A stretch of DNA of 40,000 nucleotides, taken from NCBI GenBank assembly GCA_035293665.1, contig DATGMK010000028.1, forward strand, positions 36,341 through 76,340. Direction: 5' to 3'. Source of the stretch: Reyranella sp. (lineage in GTDB: Bacteria; Pseudomonadota; Alphaproteobacteria; Reyranellales; Reyranellaceae). The notes beneath the pieces were generated by a model. The model was given only the letters and a program-made list of their open reading frames with translations, was not told where the DNA came from and made no database searches. The translations under genes and the position numbers were made by a program. Positions 8,965-16,905 of the stretch are shown here, piece after piece; the first letter of the stretch is position 1, and each line of letters starts with the position of its first letter.

Positions 8965-9207
8965 TAGTCTATGGCCTGGCTCTGAGTCCCCCCTTTTGCG
9001 CCTTGTCCATGGCGGTGGACCTTGACGATGGTGGCGCCGACCATGGCGTATTCCATGTCCGGATCGTCAGAGACGGACTCGAACAGCCGCTTGAAGACAT
9101 CGGCCGTGGCCCAGTCGCGGTAGCGCTTGAAGACCGTATTCCACCTGCCAACGAGGCCGGCAGGTCGCGCCAAGGGCTGCCGGTCCGCACGATCCACGAC
9201 ACCCGGA
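8965..9207 (-). pseudogene. IS5-family DDE transposase remnant (frameshifted, truncated at both ends)
   Basis: Two adjacent minus-strand frames carry ...WIVRTGSPWRDLPA... (about 9207-9150) and ...GRWNTVFKRYRDWATADVFKRLFESVSDDPDMEYAMVGATIVKVHRHGQGAKGGTQSQAI (about 9160-8965). Joined, they look like the N-terminal part of IS5-family transposases. No catalytic DDE region and no terminal inverted repeats are present. Confidence 0.75.
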
Positions 9208-9288
9208 AATCGATCGTTTGGCCCTCTTCATTTGATTGCCGCGATCGATCCCGCTCCGTACCATTCCTGCCGGCAACGGGAGGACAAC

Positions 9289-9807
9289 ATGACAAAGCGC
9301 CCGATGTATCTGCAGCACGTCAATGTTTACGTCCGCAACGTCGAACGGTCGAAGAAGTGGTACGAGGATCTGCTCGGCCTTCATGTCTACGAATATCGGC
9401 CGGGCTGGGCCGCCTTCCTGACCGCCGACGAGGAGCAGTCGCACGAAGTGGCACTTATGCAGTTGGGCGACGATGCGCCCCTGCAGCCAAAGGGTCAGGT
9501 GGGCCTGAACCACATGGCCTGGCGCCTCGAGAGTCTCGACGACCTCAAGGAGTTCTACAGAAGGATCAAGGCTGCAGGACAACCGATAGACCACATCTCC
9601 GATCACGGCATCTCGCTCGGCATCTACCTGCGCGACCCCGACGGCAACGGTGTGGAAGTGTTCTACGAGATGCCGCGCGCCGAGTGGCCGGTCGACTACA
9701 ACGTATTCACGCGCGAGAAGACCGGGAGCGGCCGCTTCCCTGGCCCTTGGGATGACGAGATCAGCCGCGGAGCCCCGCCTGCTCGAGTACAGACGGCGGC
9801 GGAATAG
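9289..9807 (+). CDS. VOC-family protein (glyoxalase / extradiol dioxygenase fold)
   Basis: ATG at 9289 with a GGGAGGA SD. LQHVNVYVRNVERSKKWYEDLLGL...HEVALMQ...LNHMAWRL...HGISLGIYLRDPDGNGVEVFYE matches the VOC fold pattern. Confidence 0.8.
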   Translation: MTKRPMYLQHVNVYVRNVERSKKWYEDLLGLHVYEYRPGWAAFLTADEEQSHEVALMQLGDDAPLQPKGQVGLNHMAWRLESLDDLKEFYRRIKAAGQPIDHISDHGISLGIYLRDPDGNGVEVFYEMPRAEWPVDYNVFTREKTGSGRFPGPWDDEISRGAPPARVQTAAE

Positions 9808-9872
9808 TCGCGCGGTAGCGTTATGCCGTTTTGCCCCGCCGGAGCCGGGAAAACGGTGTGCGGCGGGGGTAA

Positions 9873-9965
9873 TGGCGGAGAGGAAGGGATTCGAACCCTC
9901 GATACGGGTTTACCCCGTATAACGGTTTAGCAAACCGCCGCCTTCGACCGCTCGGCCACCTCTCC
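9873..9965 (-). tRNA. tRNA-Ser (anticodon GCU)
   Basis: The minus strand reads GGAGAGGTGGCCGAGCGGTCGAAGGCGGCGGTTTGCTAAACCGTTATACGGGGTAAACCCGTATCGAGGGTTCGAATCCCTTCCTCTCCGCCA. It has a 7-bp acceptor stem GGAGAGG/CCTCTCC, a TTCGAAT T-loop, a long variable arm (ATACGGG/CCCGTAT), anticodon loop TTGCTAA and an encoded CCA. Confidence 0.9.
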
Positions 9966-10113
9966 GCGAGCCCGTTAAGACCCCGGCGATCGATTTCCAC
10001 GACGGATGCGCCGCGGTTCTAGCGGCGGGGGTCGGGCGAGTCAAACACGATTGCAAATTTCCTCGTAAAATCAGGCCCTTGGCGCTCCGCGGAGGGCATG
10101 CGACGGTACCCGG

Positions 10114-11286
10114 ATGAGTACCCAGTCCCCTTCCTCGATCGAGATGCTGAAGCATCTCGTGGCGTTCGACACCACCTCGCGCAACTCCAACCTCGAGCTG
10201 ATCCAGTACATCCAGGGCTATCTCCACGAGTTCGGCGTCCGAAGCACTCTGGTGCCCAACGCCGAGGGGACCAAGGCCAACCTGTTCGCGACCATCGGGC
10301 CCGAGGCCGAAGGCGGCATCGTGCTGTCGGGCCACACCGACGTGGTGCCGGTCGACGGCCAGCCATGGGAGACCGATCCCTGGACGCTCACCGAGAAGCC
10401 CGACGGCAACCTCTACGCCCGCGGCACCTGCGACATGAAGGGCTTCATCGCCGCTGCACTGAGCCACGTGCCGGCGTTCCAGAAGGCCGAGCTCAAGGTG
10501 CCGATGCACTTCGCCTTCAGCTACGACGAGGAGATCGGCTGCCTCGGCGCCCATTCGCTCGCCGAGCGGCTGGTCGGCAGCGTGCCGCGGCCGCGCGCGG
10601 TGATCGTCGGCGAGCCGACCATGATGGGCGTGGTCAATGCGCAGAATGCCGGCGGCGGCCTCTACGCCACATTCACCGGCTTCGAGGCGCATTCGTCGAT
10701 GACCCATCTCGGCGTCAACGCCATCCACTTCGCCGGCGAGTTCATTCACTTCCTCAACGAGCTGCAGGAGGAGCTCGCGCAACGCAAGCATCCGCATCTC
10801 GACACCGTGCCGAACCACACCACGATCAATGTCGGCATCATCAACGGCGGCACCGCGGGCAACATCCTGGCGCGCGAGTGCACGCTCAACTGGGGCTACC
10901 GCACCCTGCCCGGCGACGACTATACCGAGGTGCAGCGCCGCGCCGAGGCCTACATCGCCGAGCTGCTGCTGCCCAAGATGAAGGCCAAGCATCCCGATGC
11001 CAACATCACGCTCAAGCGCCGCTCGTTCGTGCCCGGCCTCCTGCCGCAGGAGAACGAAGAGGCGGCCAAGCTCGCGCTGCAATGGACCGGTGGCAACCGC
11101 ACCTATGCCGTGCCCTACGGCACCGAAGCCGGCATCTTCCGCGGGCATGGCATCCCGACCGTGATCTGCGGGCCCGGCGACATCAGCCAGGCGCACCAGC
11201 CCAACGAGTTCGTCGCGAAGTCGCAAATGGACGCCTGCGACGCCTTCCTGGGCAAACTCATCCGGTGGGCCGAAGCACAGGCGTAG
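10114..11286 (+). CDS. argE: Acetylornithine deacetylase (M20 peptidase family)
   Basis: LVAFDTTSRNSNLELIQYI..., SGHTDVVPV...W...DPW, ARGTCDMKGF and an EEIGC metal ligand: the typical ArgE/M20 pattern. Confidence 0.8.
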   Translation: MSTQSPSSIEMLKHLVAFDTTSRNSNLELIQYIQGYLHEFGVRSTLVPNAEGTKANLFATIGPEAEGGIVLSGHTDVVPVDGQPWETDPWTLTEKPDGNLYARGTCDMKGFIAAALSHVPAFQKAELKVPMHFAFSYDEEIGCLGAHSLAERLVGSVPRPRAVIVGEPTMMGVVNAQNAGGGLYATFTGFEAHSSMTHLGVNAIHFAGEFIHFLNELQEELAQRKHPHLDTVPNHTTINVGIINGGTAGNILARECTLNWGYRTLPGDDYTEVQRRAEAYIAELLLPKMKAKHPDANITLKRRSFVPGLLPQENEEAAKLALQWTGGNRTYAVPYGTEAGIFRGHGIPTVICGPGDISQAHQPNEFVAKSQMDACDAFLGKLIRWAEAQA

Positions 11287-11288
11287 CT

Positions 11289-11362
11289 CTTGCCGGACCG
11301 CGGGCGTCCCGCCCGCTCTTCTCGTGTTCATGAGGCGGGCGAGACGCCCGCGGTCCGGCAAG
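11289..11362. terminator. Long GC-rich hairpin between convergent argE and dps (bidirectional terminator-like)
   Basis: CTTGCCGGACCGCGGGCGTC (11289-11308) is the perfect reverse complement of GACGCCCGCGGTCCGGCAAG (11343-11362). The stem extends inward by CGCCCGC/GCGGGCG around an 18-nt loop. It starts 3 nt after the argE stop and ends 2 nt before the dps stop. Confidence 0.6.
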
Positions 11363-11363
11363 A

Positions 11364-11876
11364 TCAGGCGTTGCGTGCCGCCTCGAACAGGAACCAGGTG
11401 CGCTGCTCGGTCTCGTCGACCCAGTTCTCGATCAGGCTGGCGGTGGCGATGTCGTTGTGCTCGTCGCACACCTCATGGAGCACCCGCATGTTCTTGGCGA
11501 GCTGCTTGTTGTCCTCGCGCAGTTCGGCGAGCATGTCCTGCGGCGTCACATAGTCGGCGTCGTTGTCGAGCACGCGCTGCAGCTTCTTGACCTGGCCGAT
11601 CGAATGCAGCGCCTTGCCGCCGAGCTTGCGCGCGCGCTCGGCGATCGGATCGATCATCGCGTAGATCTGGTCGGATTGATCGTCGAGCAGCAGGTGATAA
11701 TCGCGGAAGTGCGGCCCCGATACGTGCCAGTGGAAGTTCTTGGTCTTCATCCAGAGCGCGACAACGTCGGCCGCCAGGATGGCGAGCCCGCCGGTGATGT
11801 CCTTGGTCGCGTTGGCGCCGAGATCGGTGGGCGTCGCGAGATTTGCGGACTGACGGCTTTTGACGTTCTTGCTCAT
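11364..11876 (-). CDS. dps: Dps-family DNA-protection/ferritin-like protein
   Basis: ATG at 11876 with a GAGGAG SD. KTKNFHWHVSGPHFRDYHLLLDDQ...IAERARKLGG is the Dps ferroxidase-centre region. Confidence 0.9.
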   Translation of the reverse strand: MSKNVKSRQSANLATPTDLGANATKDITGGLAILAADVVALWMKTKNFHWHVSGPHFRDYHLLLDDQSDQIYAMIDPIAERARKLGGKALHSIGQVKKLQRVLDNDADYVTPQDMLAELREDNKQLAKNMRVLHEVCDEHNDIATASLIENWVDETEQRTWFLFEAARNA

Positions 11877-11937
11877 GGCTGAGACTCCTCGAGTAGCGGT
11901 CCTACTTTAGATAGGTTCCAAGTCAGACACCACAAGT

Positions 11938-12336
11938 CTAAAGGCTGGCGCAGATCGGCTGCTCGACGCGCAGTACGCTCTCCTGCTTGTAGCGCCGCCG
12001 GAAGCTGTCGACGATGGCCTGCACGCGCGACGCATGCGCCGGCGCGTCGAACAGCACGATGACCAGCAGCTTGGACCGTTCGCGCTCGATCGTCCCTTGC
12101 CGGTTGCGATATTGGCCGTAGATGTCGATCACGCTGAGCCCATTGGGAAAACGCGGCGTCACTTCCTCGTCGAGGAACGCCCTCCAGTCCGCCGGACCGA
12201 CCTCGCCGAAGTAGAGATCGACCTCCACGGCCGGCTTCAGCGATGCGGCGCAGGTGGACGTCGGCGCCGCCGTCTGGACAGCCGCCGGCGTGCAGGCGCC
12301 GAGCGCCAGCAACGCCGCGATCACTGTCCGCTTCAT
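11938..12336 (-). CDS. Lipoprotein, DUF3574-like
   Basis: Lipobox LALGAC after MKRTVIAAL. VDLYFG...WRAFLDEEVTPRFPNGLSVID..GQY resembles DUF3574 proteins. The upstream gene's stop lies 4 nt before its start. Confidence 0.7.
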   Translation of the reverse strand: MKRTVIAALLALGACTPAAVQTAAPTSTCAASLKPAVEVDLYFGEVGPADWRAFLDEEVTPRFPNGLSVIDIYGQYRNRQGTIERERSKLLVIVLFDAPAHASRVQAIVDSFRRRYKQESVLRVEQPICASL

Positions 12337-12340
12337 CCGG

Positions 12341-12973
12341 CTAGTTCAGGTACGGGACCGCCATGCCCTTGGTGACGGCTGGCCGCGCGTTGATCGTGTC
12401 GTACCAGCGCTTCACGTTCGGGAAGTCGGCGAGGTTCACCTGGTGCCATTCGTGACGCGCCGTCCACGGAAAGATCGCCATGTCGGCGATAGTGTATTCG
12501 GCACCGGCAGCATAGGCGTTGCCCGCCAGCTGCTTGTCGAGCACGCCGTACAGCCGCTTGGCCTCATCGACGTAACGCTTGATCCCGTACTCGATCTTGG
12601 TCGGCGCGGCGCGCAGGAAGTGATGCGCCTGGCCGAACATCGGCCCGACGCCGCCCATCTGCCACATCAGCCATTCATAGGTCTTGTACTTCTGCACCGG
12701 ATCCTTGGACAGGAACCTGCCGGTCTTGTCGGCGAGATAGATCAGGATCGCGCCCGATTCGAACAGGCTGATCGGCCTGCCGCCGGGACCGTCGGGATCG
12801 ACGATCGCCGGGATGCGGTTGTTCGGGCTGATCTTCAGGAACTCGGGCTTGTGCTGCTCGCCCTTGGAGATGTCGACCTTGTGCACGCTGTACGGCAGCC
12901 CGCACTCCTCGAGCATGATCGAGATCTTGCGGCCGTTGGGCGTGCCCCAGGTGTGGAGTTCGATCGTCGCCAA
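12341..12973 (-). CDS. Nu-class glutathione S-transferase (YfcG/YghU-like)
   Basis: Strong resemblance to E. coli YfcG (TPNGRKISIMLEE...FLKISPNNRIPAIVD...LFESGAILIYLADKTG...WLMWQMGGVGPMFGQ.HHF). No in-frame ATG is available. A TTG at 12973 has GGGGGAGAAAC upstream (GGAG 6 nt from the start). Confidence 0.85.
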   Translation of the reverse strand: MATIELHTWGTPNGRKISIMLEECGLPYSVHKVDISKGEQHKPEFLKISPNNRIPAIVDPDGPGGRPISLFESGAILIYLADKTGRFLSKDPVQKYKTYEWLMWQMGGVGPMFGQAHHFLRAAPTKIEYGIKRYVDEAKRLYGVLDKQLAGNAYAAGAEYTIADMAIFPWTARHEWHQVNLADFPNVKRWYDTINARPAVTKGMAVPYLN

Positions 12974-13005
12974 TGTTTCTCCCCCTAAGCTTGTCGGCTT
13001 GATTT

Positions 13006-13647
13006 CTAGATGTCGTCGCTCGAACTGTCGAAGCCTGAATCGTCGCCCGAATCGTCCGACATGTCGTAGTCGTCGGCCGCGCCGTCGTCCTGCGCGAGAT
13101 CGGCCGACGAGAGCTGGTCGGGCGGCATCAGCGGCGAGTTGTCGGACAGGGGCTGTACATCGGAGAAGGGCTGCACGCCGGACAGGGGCGAGGCAAAGGC
13201 CTGCGTGCTGTGGCCGAACATGTCGCGGATGCCTTCGAACAACAATGCGCCACCGGCAACACCTGCCGCGGTGGCGAGCGCCGATCGCAGGAAACCGCCG
13301 CCGGCCGGCGCCTGTGGCGCCTGGCCCCACGGTGAAGCCGGCGTGGGTGCCGGCTGCTGGACGGGGGCCGAGCCCCATGGCCCGGGGCGCGGCGCGTTGC
13401 CGAGGAAGCTGCCCTGCCCCGAGGCCTGGCTGCTCACCCGGTTTTCGAGTTCGGCGATGCGGGCCCGCGCCTGCTTCAGCGCCTCCTCCTGCACCAAGGC
13501 AGTCTGCACGAGGAGATAGGGCGAGGCCGGCTGGCGGGCGACATAGCTCGCAATCAGGCGCTCGGCCTCGGGATCGCGTTGCTGGTTCTCATATTGCTGC
13601 AGACGGCCGAACAAATCGGCGATCAGGTCGCGTTCCTGCTGTTGCAT
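13006..13647 (-). CDS. DUF2076-like protein with a low-complexity acidic tail
   Basis: ATG at 13647 with a GGGAGG SD. N-terminus MQQQERDLIADLFGRLQQ...PYLLVQTALVQEEAL, a Pro/Gly/Ala-rich middle and a DDYDMSDDSGDDSGFDSSSDDI tail. Confidence 0.7.
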   Translation of the reverse strand: MQQQERDLIADLFGRLQQYENQQRDPEAERLIASYVARQPASPYLLVQTALVQEEALKQARARIAELENRVSSQASGQGSFLGNAPRPGPWGSAPVQQPAPTPASPWGQAPQAPAGGGFLRSALATAAGVAGGALLFEGIRDMFGHSTQAFASPLSGVQPFSDVQPLSDNSPLMPPDQLSSADLAQDDGAADDYDMSDDSGDDSGFDSSSDDI

Positions 13648-13717
13648 GACGGTGCCTCCCTCCCAGGAAAGGGCACCGTGAACGTGGTTGTCGGCCCCCA
13701 GAGCGTCAAGGGGAGCG

Positions 13718-14041
13718 TCAAGGGTCCCAGTTATAGGCCGGGGTTCCGACAAGGGTTCCGAGGCGCAACCACCAGGGCCTGATCCAGAGCGTCCGCAGCA
13801 GGCCCTCGGCGCTCCAGCAGTCCTCGGCCAGCCGCGCCTCGACCTCGGCTTCATCCTCCGCGCGGAAGACCAGCAGCACGTCGCGGGTGCCGTCGAGCGG
13901 TCCGGCCAGCACCGCAATGTCGCGGACTTCCAGTTCGTTCATGAAGTCGGCATGCCGCCGCCAGTCGACCTGCTGGTCCATCGGCACGCTATCGTTCCAG
14001 GCTGGCCCGCGCGTGCGCATCACCGCGAACAGTTGCGTCAC
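13718..14041 (-). CDS. YciI-like small protein
   Basis: GTG at 14041 lies 2 nt after the upstream gene's stop (alternative ATG at 14020). LFAVMRTRGPAWNDS...HADFMNEL...VLAGPL...LLVFRAEDEAEVEARLAEDCW resembles YCII-related domain proteins. Confidence 0.7.
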   Translation of the reverse strand: MTQLFAVMRTRGPAWNDSVPMDQQVDWRRHADFMNELEVRDIAVLAGPLDGTRDVLLVFRAEDEAEVEARLAEDCWSAEGLLRTLWIRPWWLRLGTLVGTPAYNWDP

Positions 14042-14043
14042 GG

Positions 14044-14562
14044 TTACAGCCTCATGAAGTCCATGTACCAGTTGGTCTCCCAGCTGTTGCCCTCGTCGGC
14101 GGAGAAGGCCTGCTCCCAACGGGCGCCGCCTGCAGCGATGCGCGACCAGATGTAGCGGACGCGGATATCGCGGCCGTTATGCACGTCATCGCCGTAGAAC
14201 ACGCCGAACGGCCCGTCGGGACGCAGCGAGAAGCTGCCGTGGACTGGCGCACCGATCGCGCCGGGCCGGCGGCTATCGAGCCATTGGATCGTCCAGCGCC
14301 CGCTGTCGGGATCCCACAGGCGCAGGCTCATGCCGGTATAACGGCCGCCCGGCATGGCGATGTCGTACTCGTCGCTGTTGCCGAGGCCGCCCAGGATCTT
14401 GCGGGCGGCGCAGGTGCCTTCGAACTCGATCCAGTCGTTGCAGCCGGCGAGCCGGCGCACACGGTAGCGATGCTGGACACGCCAGATTCCCATCAGGAAA
14501 TCGAAATCCGCTGAGGTCGTCGCGGCGGGCCGGAGAACGGGACGGGCAAGGATCTTGAGCAT
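14044..14562 (-). CDS. Conserved hypothetical protein (DUF1579-like by eye)
   Basis: Full-length ORF. FDFLMGIWRV.HR...W.EFEGT...KILGGLGN.DEY...RWEQAFS.D.G.SWE.NWYMDF looks like a recurrent bacterial family. Not verified. Confidence 0.65.
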   Translation of the reverse strand: MLKILARPVLRPAATTSADFDFLMGIWRVQHRYRVRRLAGCNDWIEFEGTCAARKILGGLGNSDEYDIAMPGGRYTGMSLRLWDPDSGRWTIQWLDSRRPGAIGAPVHGSFSLRPDGPFGVFYGDDVHNGRDIRVRYIWSRIAAGGARWEQAFSADEGNSWETNWYMDFMRL

Positions 14563-14656
14563 GGCGGGCTCCTTTGGTCGTCCTCGTTCTAGGCCCGTCT
14601 ACCTGCCAACTTGTGTCAGGATATTTTTCCCGCTTCGCGTCGGTTACACTGCGGCG

Positions 14657-16762
14657 ATGATGGGGGTTCGTCGGGGGCTTGGAGCCAAGCTCTTCGCTAC
14701 GCTTTTGTTGCTCGGTGCCATCGCGGTCGTCGTGACGGCCTCGCTGGGCTATGTGCGCTCGCGCGATGCGCTCGAAGAGGCGATCTACAATCAGCTCACT
14801 GCCGCACGGCTCGCCAAGGCCCGCCAGGTCGAGACCTATTTCAAGACCACGCGCGACGACCTGCGGCTGCTTGCGAGCTCCAAGATGGTGGTCGATGCGC
14901 TGCGTGGCATGCGCGAGGGCGTCGACGAGCTCGACAAGGCGCGTCCGCCGGAGGAGATGCGCAAGAAGGTCGAAGCCTGGTACGCCGAACACGTGCTGCC
15001 CGACCTGCAGCGCATGTATGGCAAGGACGCCGTGCTGAAGAACTACCTTCCCGGGCAGCGCAGCGGGACCTACCTGCAATACCACTACATCGCCAACAAT
15101 CCGCAGCAAGGCGATCGGCGCGCCCTGCTCGACGACGCCGGCGACGGCAGCAAATACAGCGCCGTCCATGCGATCTACCATCCGCTGCTGCGCGCCGCCG
15201 CGCGCACCACCGGCTTCTGGGATTTCATGATCGCCGATGCCCGCGACAGCCGCTTGCTCTACGGCATGCTGAAGGAGATCGACTTCGCGACCTCGCTGCG
15301 CGACGGGCCCTATCGGCAAACCAACGTCGCCGCGGCGGTGGCTCGCTGCCTGGCGGCGACCGACCCATCGACCGTCTGCTTCGAGGATTTCGCGCCCTAT
15401 GTCCCATCGGGAGGCGCGCCCATCGCCTTCATGGCCGCACCGATCTTCGACAACGGAAGCGTCGGCGGGGTGCTGATCGCCCAGCTGTCGATCGAGGAGA
15501 TCGACAAGGCGGTAACCAGCAACCGGCAATGGCGGCGCGAGGGCTTCGGCAATACGGGCGAGGCGTACATCGTCGGGCCCAGTCACTATCTGCGCTCCGG
15601 CACGCGGGAGTTCTACGAAACGCCGGACGAGTATTTCGCCCTGCTCGCGAAGACCGGGACCCCGCCCGACGAGATCGATGCCATCCGCCGTTACGGCAGC
15701 CCGATCCTGCACCAGAAGATCCAGAGCCAGGCGACCAGTGCCGCCCTCGCCGGTGCCGAGGCCACCGGGCAGATCACCGACTTCGACGGCACGCCCGTGC
15801 TCGCGTCATGGGGGCCCCTCGCGATCCCCGGCGTGAAGTGGGCGCTGGTCGCCAAGAAGGACACGGCGGAGGCGTTTGCGCCGGTCGATCGGCTGCAGCG
15901 TGACCTGCTGCTGGTCGGTGGGCTGGCGCTCGTGGCGGTGCTGATCATCGGCGCGTGGCTGTCGCACTCGCTCGCGAGCCCGCTGGTCGAATTGACCGCC
16001 GGCGTCCGTCGCTTTGCCGCCGGCAACTACGACGTCAAGGTCTCCGCCCGCAGCAGCGACGAGATCGGCCAGCTCTGCACTGCGTTCAACAGCATGGTTG
16101 ACGAGATCCACGCCAAGAACGATGTGATCGAGGCGAAGAACCGCGAGAACGAGGAGCTGCTGCTCAATGTCCTCCCGGCGCCGATCGCCAATCGGTTGCG
16201 CGGCGGCGAGCACAGCATCGCCGACGGGTTCGCCGAGGTGACGGTGGCGTTTGCCGACCTGGTCGGCTTCACCGCGCTCTCGTCGGAGATGCCGCCGCAG
16301 AACGTGGTGGCGCTGCTGAACGGCCTGTTCACCCGGTTCGACCAGGCGGCGCAGGAACTGGGCATCGAGAAGATCAAGACGGTGGGCGACGCCTACATGG
16401 CGGTGTGCGGCCTGCCGACTCCCGTGCCCGATCATGCCGACCGGATGGTGCGCATGGCGATCCGCATGGTGCACATCTGCCGCGAGCATGGGCTGGAGAA
16501 CCGCGTCCCCTTCCGGCTGCGCATCGGCATCAACAGCGGCCCGGTGGTGGCGGGCGTGATCGGCCGCAGCAAGTACATCTACGACCTGTGGGGCGACACG
16601 GTGAACCTGGCGAGCCGCATGGAATCGGCTGGTGTTGCCGATTCCATCCAGGTGACCCGCTCGGTCTACGACCAGCTCAAGGACCGCTACGTTTTCGAGG
16701 CCCGGGGCACCCTCGACATCAAGGGCAAAGGCGAAGTCGAGGCCTGGCTGCTGCGGGTCTGA
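14657..16762 (+). CDS. Membrane sensor adenylate/guanylate cyclase (periplasmic Cache-like domain, HAMP, class III cyclase domain)
   Basis: ATG at 14657 (MMGVRRGLGAKLFATLLLLGAIAVVV, TM1), a periplasmic region of about 380 aa, TM2 LLLVGGLALVAVLIIGAWL, then HAMP (PLVELTAGVRRFAAGNYDVKV...DEIGQLCTAFNSMVDEI). Cyclase motifs FADLVGFTALS, KTVGDAYMAVCGLP, RIGINSGPVVAGVIG and DLWGDTVNLASRMES. Confidence 0.85.
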   Translation: MMGVRRGLGAKLFATLLLLGAIAVVVTASLGYVRSRDALEEAIYNQLTAARLAKARQVETYFKTTRDDLRLLASSKMVVDALRGMREGVDELDKARPPEEMRKKVEAWYAEHVLPDLQRMYGKDAVLKNYLPGQRSGTYLQYHYIANNPQQGDRRALLDDAGDGSKYSAVHAIYHPLLRAAARTTGFWDFMIADARDSRLLYGMLKEIDFATSLRDGPYRQTNVAAAVARCLAATDPSTVCFEDFAPYVPSGGAPIAFMAAPIFDNGSVGGVLIAQLSIEEIDKAVTSNRQWRREGFGNTGEAYIVGPSHYLRSGTREFYETPDEYFALLAKTGTPPDEIDAIRRYGSPILHQKIQSQATSAALAGAEATGQITDFDGTPVLASWGPLAIPGVKWALVAKKDTAEAFAPVDRLQRDLLLVGGLALVAVLIIGAWLSHSLASPLVELTAGVRRFAAGNYDVKVSARSSDEIGQLCTAFNSMVDEIHAKNDVIEAKNRENEELLLNVLPAPIANRLRGGEHSIADGFAEVTVAFADLVGFTALSSEMPPQNVVALLNGLFTRFDQAAQELGIEKIKTVGDAYMAVCGLPTPVPDHADRMVRMAIRMVHICREHGLENRVPFRLRIGINSGPVVAGVIGRSKYIYDLWGDTVNLASRMESAGVADSIQVTRSVYDQLKDRYVFEARGTLDIKGKGEVEAWLLRV

Positions 16763-16767
16763 CCCCC

Positions 16768-16860
16768 GTCGTCCCGACCGGAGCGCGAAGCGCGGAGCCG
16801 AGGGCCCCCTTTTGGGAGACGCATCCGCAAAAGAGGTCCCTCGACTTCGCTCGGGACGAC
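16768..16860. repeat. REP/MITE-like nested palindromic element, copy A
   Basis: Outer arms GTCGTCCCGACCGGAGCG.../...CGCTCGGGACGAC, inner arms GAGGGCCC.../...GAGGTCCCTC and a central CTTTTG...CAAAAG hairpin. Starts 5 nt after the cyclase stop codon. Confidence 0.7.
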
Positions 16861-16905
16861 GGAAAGCTGACAGAAGATGTCAGGTTTGCCTGCTAGGATC
16901 GCGCC

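Noticed and set aside
7240-9965. The idea that this segment is a genomic island integrated at tRNA-Ser.
   Set aside because: I found no integrase or recombinase gene and no direct repeat of the tRNA 3' end by eye. The only mobile trace is the 245-bp IS remnant. I kept it as a low-weight finding about the remnant, not as an island call.
9910-11469. A 519-aa minus-strand ORF covering the tRNA, argE and the argE/dps hairpin.
   Set aside because: It is antisense to argE, which has clear M20 motifs, and it runs through a tRNA gene. It has R/G/A/H-rich shadow-ORF composition.
14273-15712. A 479-aa minus-strand ORF, plus similar ORFs at 15806-16489, 16687-17934, 22164-23507, 29912-31228 and 3768-5033.
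   Set aside because: All are antisense to genes with strong family signatures (cyclase, WYL regulator, binding protein, serine hydrolase, MscS) and show shadow-ORF composition. No independent evidence supports them.
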